Positions 34,891 to 41,909 of a stretch of DNA of 41,909 nt are shown piece by piece. The DNA lies in the IMG/VR virus record IMGVR_UViG_3300021387_000133, positions 1 to 41,909 of that record; one strand, given 5' to 3'. The stretch comes from a virus. Made by a program: the position numbers and the translations under genes. The notes under the pieces are model-generated. The model was not told the origin of the DNA, searched no databases, and saw only the letters and a program-made list of their open reading frames with translations. The stretch's first letter is position 1; each line of letters begins with the position of its first letter.

Positions 34891-36127
34891 CAGTATAATC
34901 CTTTCTCATTTTCAGTGTTTGATATATGTCTATTTCCACGCTTGACCTGCACAGCAGGTAATAATAGAAACAGGTCTTTTCCTGCCCAATCCTGTGAATA
35001 CGTTTCTTTGACTGTTCAAACAGTTCAGACCGTTCAGGAAGGGTGAAATATATGATTTTGTTCGCTTTCTGAAGGTTCAACCCCATTGCACCGGCCTGAT
35101 ACTGAATGAAGGTGATTGACTGTTCACTGTGTTCATACTGTTCAAGGTCTTTCACTGAACCGTTGACAACTGACACCGGCCTTTCTGCCTGCCGTGCTAT
35201 CTGTTGCAGGGCTGTCAGTTCTTCATTGAAGTTGTAGAACACAATCAGTCTGTCTTCTGTGCTGCCGATCAGATCACCAAACGCCTGCAACTTGTCAGGG
35301 TTGTAATGACCGCACAACTGCCGTGCATACAGGCGTTTGGTCAATCCGGTGTCACCAACAAATTGATGACCTGCAACTGTGATCAGACAGGTTTTCATGA
35401 ACCGCTTATACTGTGCAGATGCCTTGACGAACAGATTGATATGCTGTTGCTTTGGCAAATCCATCACTTCATCAGTCTTCATGAACACTGCCCCGTGTGC
35501 TGCAAGTTTGGCTTTCAGCCGGTCAACGTTCTTGTACCCGGTTATGACCGGAATGTTGAAACCTGATCCCGTGTCAATCCATTCCTGCACAACATACTGC
35601 TGATAGAACAGTTTCTTGCTGATCCCCCAACCAAGCAGGTGAAGTTGTGACCATAGCTTTTCATACTTGCCTGCCGTGGGTGTACCGGATAACAAAATCA
35701 CGCTTTCCGGGTGCATCTGAAGCACATATTTTGACCGCTTTGCTGTTTCGTTCTGTATCATAGAACTTTCATCAAGCATCATGGTGAACCCGTCTATATG
35801 ACTGAAATATGACCTTCTGAACAGCAATTCATAATTGATCACACCCACCACGTCAGCACCGGCAGCAACCACGGCCTGAAACTGTTCAATCCCCTTCTTT
35901 GCCGTCAGATCAATGACGGTGTAACACGGGTAATAGGTGTTCATGTGGTCAATCCAATCCTGAACCTTTGACTTCTGACAGATGATCAGATTGACCTGAT
36001 TGTTTTGCAGGTACATCTTTTCAGCCCCTACAAATGTTTTGCCCAAACCCATGTCAAGGTAATATGCACAGCGGTTGAACCCTTCTGTCAGGTCAAGTGC
36101 TACTTCCTGATGTGGGTACAGCTTCAA
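34862..36127 (-). CDS. SNF2-family helicase
   Basis: 421 aa with GLGKT (motif I), MLDESS (motif II) and C-terminal helicase motifs (QAGAMGLNL, RIHRIGQ). Confidence 0.85.
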   Translation of the reverse strand: MKLYPHQEVALDLTEGFNRCAYYLDMGLGKTFVGAEKMYLQNNQVNLIICQKSKVQDWIDHMNTYYPCYTVIDLTAKKGIEQFQAVVAAGADVVGVINYELLFRRSYFSHIDGFTMMLDESSMIQNETAKRSKYVLQMHPESVILLSGTPTAGKYEKLWSQLHLLGWGISKKLFYQQYVVQEWIDTGSGFNIPVITGYKNVDRLKAKLAAHGAVFMKTDEVMDLPKQQHINLFVKASAQYKRFMKTCLITVAGHQFVGDTGLTKRLYARQLCGHYNPDKLQAFGDLIGSTEDRLIVFYNFNEELTALQQIARQAERPVSVVNGSVKDLEQYEHSEQSITFIQYQAGAMGLNLQKANKIIYFTLPERSELFEQSKKRIHRIGQEKTCFYYYLLCRSSVEIDIYQTLKMRKDYTDALFEKYSS

Positions 36128-36521
36128 GTTCTTCCCCTTCCTTCAGGTCAGCGTCAGGCAGAACAACGTCACACGCACCGCCTTTGCACTTGCCTTTCTT
36201 CACCTGATATTCAGTATGTGTCTTGATGACCTTTTTCAGCTTGCTGTTGCTGCCGAACATCCGCTTTGCCAGTGCAGCAGTAAAGGCCGTGTAATCATCA
36301 AGAGTTGCACCCGGTTCAGGCTTGACAATGGTCTTTGTGCCGTCACCCCAAAACACAACGGTGACATTGCCGTTCTTCAGAATGCGTTCGGGTGTGGCAA
36401 TGGTCTGATAAAGGCTTGATTTCAGTTCATCAAGCACGTTCCTGACAGACGGTGTATATGCCTTGTTCACTTCCTTGGTAACGTCCGGTACACACAGACA
36501 GTTGACGTGTTCATTCATCAT
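36093..36521 (-). CDS. Hypothetical protein
   Basis: 142 aa, located in the early operon. Confidence 0.5.
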   Translation of the reverse strand: MMNEHVNCLCVPDVTKEVNKAYTPSVRNVLDELKSSLYQTIATPERILKNGNVTVVFWGDGTKTIVKPEPGATLDDYTAFTAALAKRMFGSNSKLKKVIKTHTEYQVKKGKCKGGACDVVLPDADLKEGEELEAVPTSGSST

Positions 36522-36757
36522 GCGTTTCTTCCTCTCTTTCTCTGATTTTTGCGCTTCAGAACGTAATACATAGGTTTCTTGTTGGCTTTCAGATACACCT
36601 GAAACAGCGTTGCCCCGGTAATAAACCCGTTGGGGTTCTTTGCCTTGCGTGTGCCGTTGGAATAATCCCGGTCTTCATACGCCTGATGTTTCAGTGCTTC
36701 ACGTCTGACCTTCCTGATGAACGTCAGATCATGACAAATTTCCTTGTACTGCTTCAT
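36518..36757 (-). CDS. Hypothetical basic protein
   Basis: 79 aa with a Lys/Arg-rich C-terminus. Confidence 0.5.
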   Translation of the reverse strand: MKQYKEICHDLTFIRKVRREALKHQAYEDRDYSNGTRKAKNPNGFITGATLFQVYLKANKKPMYYVLKRKNQRKRGRNA

Positions 36758-37161
36758 ATGGTCACCCCCTCAATTTCTGCAAACCGTTTTGCATTGATCC
36801 AGTACACCCAACCTTCACCACGTCCACGGACGGCATACCCCCACGGGAAAACACCGTCTTGCAGGCCGTTTGCTATAGCTGCCCTTGACAGCCCCATCAG
36901 CTTTGAAACTTCCCTGATGGTCAACCGGGCAATCTTTCCATCCGCTGCCGGTACTGCTGCAACAGTGTCATCAGCTTTGAAATAGTCCGGTTCAAGTCCA
37001 AGTGCTTCAGCAATGTCGCGCTGCCGTTCATCTGACGGGGTGTTCTTCCCCGAACAATACTGACTGATTGCGCTTTTGCTGATCCCGGTCAGCCTGTGCA
37101 GTTGGGTTTGTGTTATGCCCGTGCTGCACAGCACATCATTCAACTTTGTCTGAAAATCCAT
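36754..37161 (-). CDS. DNA-binding protein with XRE-type HTH plus a second excisionase/MerR-like HTH
   Basis: The first HTH is TQTQLHRLTGISKSAISQYCSGKN. The second is LTIREVSKLMGLSRAAIANGLQDG. Confidence 0.7.
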   Translation of the reverse strand: MDFQTKLNDVLCSTGITQTQLHRLTGISKSAISQYCSGKNTPSDERQRDIAEALGLEPDYFKADDTVAAVPAADGKIARLTIREVSKLMGLSRAAIANGLQDGVFPWGYAVRGRGEGWVYWINAKRFAEIEGVTI

Positions 37162-37176
37162 CTGTTCATCCTTTCC

Positions 37177-37195
37177 GGTTGATTATCAATCAACC
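37177..37195. promoter_or_regulatory. Operator-like palindrome GGTTGATT-ATC-AATCAACC
   Basis: The 8-bp arms are perfect. It has the same consensus as 39183-39201 and lies in the gap between two HTH genes. Confidence 0.6.
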
Positions 37196-37410
37196 TCTGT
37201 GCTAAAAAAAATAGTTATGATTTCCTCATCTGTCAAATGCAGCAGGTCACGCAACACCATGATTTCAGATGCAAGGAAACTTGTCACGTTGTTGACCTTG
37301 TTCATAAATCCCTGATAGGTCAGGTCACACTTCTGTGCCACGAATGACAGCTTGTACCCTGCATTATCAATCTTCTTCCGTAACGCTTCAGTGTTCGTCA
37401 AATTCTTCAC
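37186..37410 (-). CDS. Small Cro-like HTH protein (start uncertain: GTG 37410 or TTG 37401)
   Basis: The longer track ORF overlaps the 37388-37606 ORF. AAGGGGG lies just upstream of the proposed starts. KLSFVAQKCDLTYQGFMNKV looks like an HTH. Confidence 0.5.
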   Translation of the reverse strand: MKNLTNTEALRKKIDNAGYKLSFVAQKCDLTYQGFMNKVNNVTSFLASEIMVLRDLLHLTDEEIITIFFSTEVD

Positions 37411-37606
37411 CCCCTTCACCCGGCATAGGGCTGTTGTTGTACTGTCTCTGTATCCTGACAATAATGCCCCCATCAGGCAGCACTGTCTTTGAAATGAACT
37501 TGTATTGCTGCTTTCGTGCATCAAGGCCGTCAAGAAACCGTTCCAGTTCCTTCAGGTTGTTGAACCTGATGACCTGATCAATACAGGCCGTCAGAACCTT
37601 GTACAT
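37388..37606 (-). CDS. Hypothetical protein
   Basis: 72 aa, located in the operon. Confidence 0.5.
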   Translation of the reverse strand: MYKVLTACIDQVIRFNNLKELERFLDGLDARKQQYKFISKTVLPDGGIIVRIQRQYNNSPMPGEGGEEFDEH

Positions 37607-37999
37607 TCAATCACCTTCTTTCCTGATAAAATCCAGTTCATAGGCTTTCAGTTCTGTTTCAGTCAGTTCACGGGTGTAAACCAGAACATCATGATATCTG
37701 CCCGTTGGGTCATCCATTCTGTGATGAAACCCCACCAACGGTTGACAACCCGGACTGAACCCACGCAACCGCATACCGTAATAGTAAAACACCTTTTCAC
37801 CTTCTTTCTGAATGAACCTGACCTTGCAGGCCGGTTGGTTTTGTTCCCGTGCTTGTGTATGCTTGCAGATGTACCCCCTTCTGTGTCGGAATGTTCCGGT
37901 TGCTGCAATGTCACACGTTCCCCAAATTTCACTGTGTCTTGTCCAGTGTTGGCAGTCCTTACAGCGTGAAGGACTGCCCCTGATTGTATTGCCGGTCAT
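37607..37999 (-). CDS. Hypothetical Cys-rich protein
   Basis: 130 aa with an N-terminal CKDCQHW...WGTC segment. RBS GAAGGTGA. Confidence 0.55.
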   Translation of the reverse strand: MTGNTIRGSPSRCKDCQHWTRHSEIWGTCDIAATGTFRHRRGYICKHTQAREQNQPACKVRFIQKEGEKVFYYYGMRLRGFSPGCQPLVGFHHRMDDPTGRYHDVLVYTRELTETELKAYELDFIRKEGD

Positions 38000-38009
38000 C
38001 AGATCACCT

Positions 38010-38201
38010 TCAATCTACAAAGGTATGCTTGATGAAATCATAGATGCCGATTTCAACCCCCGGTGCTTTATTGTTCGGGTACTGTGTGACCACCGCCCTG
38101 TCATCATCCAACGGGGTGACGGTAATGCACCCCGTCTTCTTGTAACCAAGGGAAATCATTGCCTGCCTGACTTCCTTCTTCATATCGTTCAGGTTCATCA
38201 T
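38010..38201 (-). CDS. Hypothetical protein
   Basis: Trimmed to the ATG at 38201 (MMNLNDMKK). Confidence 0.5.
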   Translation of the reverse strand: MMNLNDMKKEVRQAMISLGYKKTGCITVTPLDDDRAVVTQYPNNKAPGVEIGIYDFIKHTFVD

Positions 38202-38212
38202 CACACCACCTT

Positions 38213-39124
38213 TCACGCTGCAACAACCTTGCATCTTGTCAGAACCGTCTGCTTGTCACCCTTGTATTCAGAAAGTTCCTTGACCTTTCCGCTGATCTGT
38301 ACACGGTCACCTTCCTGAATGGGTCTGTAGTGTTCACCGTCTTTACTCATGTCAATGTAGGTTGAAGTCTTCCACACAACAAGGTTGCCGTCATCATCAG
38401 AAAAGGTGTATACGTTGACGGTGGATGTTCCCCACATACCCGGTGCGTGTCTGATTTCATACTGTCCCCTTCTGACTAACGTTGCCTGAACCGTGATCTT
38501 GTCACCAACAGCACCGATGTAGTCAGACGGTTTGACCCCGTTCAGCTTGTCAAACGCTTCTTTCTTCCTGCTTTCCCACTCTGAAGCATCCAGTTCCTTA
38601 AACATCACCCTGCCCCATGCGGTGAAGGTTGCCACTTCATCAAATGCGACCATAAGCAGCAAAAACCCTTCAACCGGGTGATCAATGTGCCATCCAAGAA
38701 CCCCGTGCCACTTTGCACCTGCTTCTTTGATTTCATCTTTCCGTGAAAAGGTGTTACCAAGGAACAACCAAGTGTTGCCGTCAGAAGAAAACCCGTTCTG
38801 CTTCAGTGATGCAGCCTTGTTGCTTTCATACTGTTCCTTGCGCTGTTCTTCCAACTGTGCAGCCTTCTTTGCTGCTGCCTTTGCACGTCTGTCTGCAAGT
38901 TTGGCAGCGTATTCAGGCGTGTATTCCTTGACGGTTTCAAGGACTGTCCCTGTACCAAGGCACTTGTAACATACGGCATTGTCAGGCCGTGCAGGTACTA
39001 ACTGCCCGTTGCATGTGCCGGTTGCGAACCATCCACGACCATTGCAACGGTCACACTTCCCTTGCTGCTGAAAATACTTTGTGCCGTTGCGGTCTACTTT
39101 AATAAGAACCCTTGACCCTGACAT
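38213..39124 (-). CDS. First early gene: DnaJ-type zinc-ribbon (CxxCxGxG x2) N-terminus, coiled-coil linker, beta-rich C-terminal domain; function unknown
   Basis: 303 aa with CDRCNGRG and CYKCLGTG. It lies immediately downstream of the early promoter/operator region. Confidence 0.6.
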   Translation of the reverse strand: MSGSRVLIKVDRNGTKYFQQQGKCDRCNGRGWFATGTCNGQLVPARPDNAVCYKCLGTGTVLETVKEYTPEYAAKLADRRAKAAAKKAAQLEEQRKEQYESNKAASLKQNGFSSDGNTWLFLGNTFSRKDEIKEAGAKWHGVLGWHIDHPVEGFLLLMVAFDEVATFTAWGRVMFKELDASEWESRKKEAFDKLNGVKPSDYIGAVGDKITVQATLVRRGQYEIRHAPGMWGTSTVNVYTFSDDDGNLVVWKTSTYIDMSKDGEHYRPIQEGDRVQISGKVKELSEYKGDKQTVLTRCKVVAA

Positions 39125-39160
39125 ATTTATTCATCCTTTCTTGGTGACCTGCTGCAACAG

Positions 39161-39237
39161 GTTGATTGAAATCTTTCCTTTCGGTTGATCATTGATCAAC
39201 CATGTCAAGAATATCATAGCGTTGATTGAATGTCAAC
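39161..39237. promoter_or_regulatory. Operator cluster of the lysis/lysogeny switch
   Basis: Perfect palindrome GGTTGATCA-T-TGATCAACC at 39183-39201. GTTGATTGAA occurs at 39161-39170 and 39221-39230. GTTGA-N7-TCAAC lies at 39221-39237. Confidence 0.65.
39208..39236 (-). promoter_or_regulatory. Putative early (leftward) promoter
   Basis: The minus strand reads TTGACA (39236-39231), a 17-nt spacer, then TGATATTCT (extended -10, 39213-39208). The palindromic operator lies just downstream. Confidence 0.5.
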
Positions 39238-39264
39238 TATATTTTTGAAAAAAAGCAAATCAAG

Positions 39265-39293
39265 TTGATTTTCAAGTCATTTCACATTATAAT
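39265..39293 (+). promoter_or_regulatory. Putative repressor-gene promoter
   Basis: TTGATT (39265-39270), a 17-nt spacer, then TATAAT (39288-39293). It overlaps a TTGA-TTT-TCAA half-palindrome. Confidence 0.55.
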
Positions 39294-39334
39294 GAACGTG
39301 GGGCAAACTATAATTCAAGGAAGGGGTTGAAGTG

Positions 39335-39760
39335 ATGAACAAAGATGAACTGTTGCTGATCTTGGGGCAGAACATCCAATACTATAGATTACAGCATGGA
39401 TGGTCACAGGTTGAACTTGCTAAACGGTGCGGTTGGTCTGAAGGTGCTGCTGACAGTGGCAAATCAACCATATCACGCATTGAACACGGCAGATCAGATA
39501 TTCAAGCATCGAAAATCAAGACCCTTGCAGAAGTGTTTGGAATTAGCCCCTGTGACCTTCTGCAAGTATCAGAACAGGTTCAGAATGAACTGAAAGTCTG
39601 TGAACTGTTTGAAAAATGTTATGGTGGTGAAGCGTTCAAGGCTGTTCAACAGTTCTTGAAATTAGATGATGCGGACAGAAAGACCGTCACCAGAATGATG
39701 ACCGTCATGTTGGCAGATGAAAAATATATCAACCAAGCAACAGGGTCATACGCAGGGTAA
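39335..39760 (+). CDS. CI-like repressor (XRE-family HTH)
   Basis: HTH segment WSQVELAKRCGWS...TISRIEHGRSD. It is divergent from the early operon. RBS AAGGAAGGGG. The start is ATG 39335 or GTG 39332. Confidence 0.8.
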   Translation: MNKDELLLILGQNIQYYRLQHGWSQVELAKRCGWSEGAADSGKSTISRIEHGRSDIQASKIKTLAEVFGISPCDLLQVSEQVQNELKVCELFEKCYGGEAFKAVQQFLKLDDADRKTVTRMMTVMLADEKYINQATGSYAG

Positions 39761-39802
39761 ACAATGTCATCTATGTAGATTTTTCAGAAAGAAGGTGAAA
39801 AC

Positions 39803-39946
39803 ATGAAGGGCTTTAGTTGGAAACGTGCACTTGGTATCACGGATGCAAAAAGGAAGGTTGCAAAAATCACCGGCATACCAACCACCAAGCAGGGCAGGAA
39901 ACAAAAAGCACAGCGCACCCTTTGGAAAATGCTTTTTGGCAAATAA
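39803..39946 (+). CDS. Small basic protein (47 aa, below ORF-track cutoff)
   Basis: Hand translation gives MKGFSWKRALGITDAKRKVAKITGIPTTKQGRKQKAQRTLWKMLFGK*. It is preceded by GAAGGTGA at good spacing and is co-oriented with the repressor and integrase genes. Confidence 0.5.
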   Translation: MKGFSWKRALGITDAKRKVAKITGIPTTKQGRKQKAQRTLWKMLFGK

Positions 39947-39947
39947 C

Positions 39948-40190
39948 TACACTTGGTAACAGGTGGTAACACTTGAATACTACACTTAAAAGTCAGTATT
40001 TATGCCGGTTACTACACTTACTACACTTAAAATCAAATTCTTTTATAAAATGGAAAATTGAAGAATTGAACCTTGAAAAATAAATATTATATAGAGAATG
40101 GTATTTTAAGTGTAGTAAGTGTTACCTGTTACGGGGAAACCGCATAAAATCAACGTTTCTGCCGGTTACACTTGGTAACAGGTGGTAACA
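39948..40190. repeat. Iteron/palindrome module B, paralogous to module A
   Basis: A 24-bp perfect direct repeat TACACTTGGTAACAGGTGGTAACA occurs at 39948-39971 and 40167-40190. A 20-bp inverted repeat (40014-40033 / 40103-40122) surrounds an AT-rich 69-bp centre. The 30 bp at 40015-40044 are the exact reverse complement of 25325-25354. Confidence 0.85.
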
Positions 40191-40342
40191 GATGACTACA
40201 CATGAAAAGACCCGGCTGTTGCAGCAACCGGGTCAAGGATGAATAACCATGATCACAGTCAAAGGATGAATGCAAAGATGGTCAGACAAATCAATTATAT
40301 CATCCTGACTGTGAATTTACAATCAGGAAGGATGGTGTTTCT

Positions 40343-41617
40343 ATGCAAGGATCAGTCAGAAAACGGGGCAATACTTGGTCATACCGGTTTGACCTTGGTG
40401 TGGTTGATGGGAAACGGCAGCAGAAGGAAAAAGGCGGTTTCAGGACAAGGAAGGATGCTGAAGCTGCACTTGCAAAGGCCATGTCAGAATATAATCAGGC
40501 CGGTCTTGTCTTTGAACCTTCAGAAGTGTCTGTTGCTGATTATCTTGACCAATGGTTTGATATGTACTGCACCAATAATCTGAAGTACAACACACAGGTT
40601 GGGTATCTCAGGATCATTGAAGGTCACCTGAAACCGGCCTTTGGTCATTACAGACTAAAGGCATTGAACCCGACCATCTTACAGCAGTATGCCTTTGACC
40701 TGAAAAACAAGGGTCTTGCAAAAAGCAGTGTTGACGGTATCCTGACCACATTTCAGGCAGCACTTGACTATGCGGTTGAACCCCTGCACTACATTTCACA
40801 GAACCCCATGCACCCGGTCAGATATCCAAAGATTGAGAAACAGCCCCGTGAACGGATCATCTTGACCTTGGACGAGTGGCAGCGGATCATTGACCGGTTC
40901 AGGGGTACACGGTATGAAATACCCCTGATGATAGGGTTCTACACCGGTATGCGGATCAGTGAAGTATTTGCTTTGACGTGGGATGATATCGACCTTGAAA
41001 AACGGCAGATCACAACGGACAAGCAGATTGTGAAAAGAAATTTTGGTGCTGATGTTCGCAGGGTGGTTGAAAAGAAGGGCAAGAAAGAACAGCGGTCATC
41101 ATGGTATTTTGAGACACCCAAAACCCCCAATTCAATCAGAACGGTGACTATTGGTGACACACTTTATCAGGCATTGAAGGAAGAACAGAAACGGCAGCGC
41201 ATCAATGAATTCAAGTATGGTGAATACTACACCGTTCATGTGCTGAAGAAAGAAAAGGATGAAAAGAACCGTGATATCTTCCGGGTTGTGCCGGTTCAGA
41301 AATGTGTTGAAAGTCAGTTGCCCCGTGTCAAGATGGTCTGCATTGCTGAAAACGGGCAGTACACTTCAACGGACAGTTTCAAGTATGCTTCAAGGGTCAT
41401 CCACCATGAAATGCAACTTGCCTTTGATTTTCATTCACTCAGACACACCCACGCCACACTGCTGATTGAAGCAGGGGCAGATGTAAAAGACGTTCAGTGC
41501 CGGTTGGGTCATTCCAACATTTCAACCACCTTGAACACGTATGTGCATGATACTGAACAGATGCAGAACAAGACTGCTGATATCTTTGAACAGATCACTT
41601 CCCGGAAAACCTCATAA
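40343..41617 (+). CDS. int: Tyrosine integrase
   Basis: 424 aa with an N-terminal arm-binding-type domain (RKRGNTWSYRF). The catalytic region reads HSLRHTHATLL...GHSNISTTLNTYVH. Confidence 0.92.
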   Translation: MQGSVRKRGNTWSYRFDLGVVDGKRQQKEKGGFRTRKDAEAALAKAMSEYNQAGLVFEPSEVSVADYLDQWFDMYCTNNLKYNTQVGYLRIIEGHLKPAFGHYRLKALNPTILQQYAFDLKNKGLAKSSVDGILTTFQAALDYAVEPLHYISQNPMHPVRYPKIEKQPRERIILTLDEWQRIIDRFRGTRYEIPLMIGFYTGMRISEVFALTWDDIDLEKRQITTDKQIVKRNFGADVRRVVEKKGKKEQRSSWYFETPKTPNSIRTVTIGDTLYQALKEEQKRQRINEFKYGEYYTVHVLKKEKDEKNRDIFRVVPVQKCVESQLPRVKMVCIAENGQYTSTDSFKYASRVIHHEMQLAFDFHSLRHTHATLLIEAGADVKDVQCRLGHSNISTTLNTYVHDTEQMQNKTADIFEQITSRKTS

Positions 41618-41628
41618 ACAAAAGAAAA

Positions 41629-41669
41629 AGGTGCTGACAGTTCAACCTGTTCAGCACCTTCTTTGTGTT
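41629..41669 (+). terminator. Terminator hairpin after int
   Basis: AGGTGCTGA / TCAGCACCT stem, extended with one bulge, followed by TCTTTGTGTT. Confidence 0.55.
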
Positions 41670-41670
41670 C

Positions 41671-41695
41671 AGGGGTGAAAATCACCCGTTTTTCA
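41671..41695 (+). terminator. Second hairpin with T-run after int
   Basis: GGGTGA-AAA-TCACCC followed by GTTTTTC. Confidence 0.5.
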
Positions 41696-41700
41696 TATTT

Positions 41701-41728
41701 TCGTGGGCAAAATGTGGGCTGTTCCCAC
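41701..41728 (+). repeat. 28-nt imperfect direct repeat, partner of 129-156 (candidate arm-type site)
   Basis: TCGTGGGCAAAATGTGGGCTGTTCCCAC. In the circular form the two copies flank the 107-bp repeat. Confidence 0.4.
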
Positions 41729-41802
41729 ATCGTGAGCAGTCCAAAACCCTGATAAATGCTTATTTTATGCGGTTCAGCAGGCACACGGTTTCTATGTGTA
41801 TA

Positions 41803-41909
41803 GTTTGTTGAAACACTTCAAAAGTTCAACCTTGACGGCTTTCCTGTGCTTCATAATGCTTTATTTTATCAGGGTTTTTTCTGCTGTTCAATAGTTCAGT
41901 TCCCACGGG
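41803..41909 (+). repeat. Right copy of the exact 107-bp terminal direct repeat
   Basis: Identical to 1-107. Confidence 0.95.

Larger units (their letters stand above)
1..41909. mobile_element. Complete temperate siphovirus-like phage / prophage genome (41,802 bp unique plus 107-bp terminal duplication)
   Basis: Full set of lysogeny, replication, packaging, head, tail and lysis modules in canonical order. Integrase lies at one end and endolysin at the other. The two ends are identical over 107 bp. Confidence 0.9.

Noticed and set aside
39784-39972. 62-aa minus-strand ORF
   Set aside because: It is antisense to a better-supported 47-aa plus-strand ORF that has a strong RBS. It would also converge on the repressor gene with no promoter.
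40239-40583. 114-aa plus-strand ORF upstream of and overlapping int
   Set aside because: It overlaps the integrase N-terminus in another frame. The integrase ATG at 40343 has an RBS and a typical N-terminal arm-binding sequence.
41509-41784. 91-aa minus-strand ORF in the int 3' end / att region
   Set aside because: It overlaps the integrase C-terminus antisense and runs through terminator hairpins, so it is likely spurious.

Overview
The window is one complete temperate siphovirus-type phage or prophage, with gene content typical of Firmicutes/Clostridia phages. It has 41,802 bp of unique sequence bounded by an exact 107-bp direct repeat (1-107 = 41803-41909). The break falls in the short integrase/endolysin intergenic region. 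The repeat is therefore either an assembly circularisation overlap or an attL/attR core duplication.

Almost all genes are on the minus strand, in this order:
- early/replication module, 39124 down to 25458: Zn-ribbon early protein, HTH regulators, SNF2 helicase, MazG-like, VRR-NUC, HD hydrolase, AAA_24 ATPase, DUF669-like, family-B DNA polymerase, P4/D5-type primase-helicase, ThyX-like
- late regulator, then terS/terL, SPP1-type portal and a MuF-metallopeptidase fusion
- scaffold, capsid and connectors
- major tail protein, G/G-T chaperones, tape measure, Dit and a Tal-like protein with an S74 chaperone
- tail fibre and the lysis cassette

The plus strand carries only the lysogeny genes: CI-like repressor, a small basic ORF and a tyrosine integrase.

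The stand-out system is a diversity-generating retroelement (DGR). It comprises a DGR-type reverse transcriptase (3029-4156), a non-coding template repeat (4371-4491) and a variable repeat (4621-4741) inside the C-terminal lectin-like tip of the 709-aa tail fibre. All ~27 TR/VR differences lie at template adenines. Its layout is unusual: no Avd-sized ORF, an intrinsic terminator directly 3' of the TR, and an apparent separate RT promoter.

The second unexplained structure is a pair of paralogous iteron/palindrome modules (about 25153-25447 and 39948-40190) that bracket the whole early region.

Other observations:
- a GGTTGAT-N5-ATCAACC operator set
- a GGGTTTT -1 frameshift site in the tail chaperone genes
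- long in-frame tandem repeats in the tape measure and fibre genes
- a divergent ThyX-like protein
- two HExxH proteins in the head module

All calls are by eye from the sequence and ORF translations. No database search was run.
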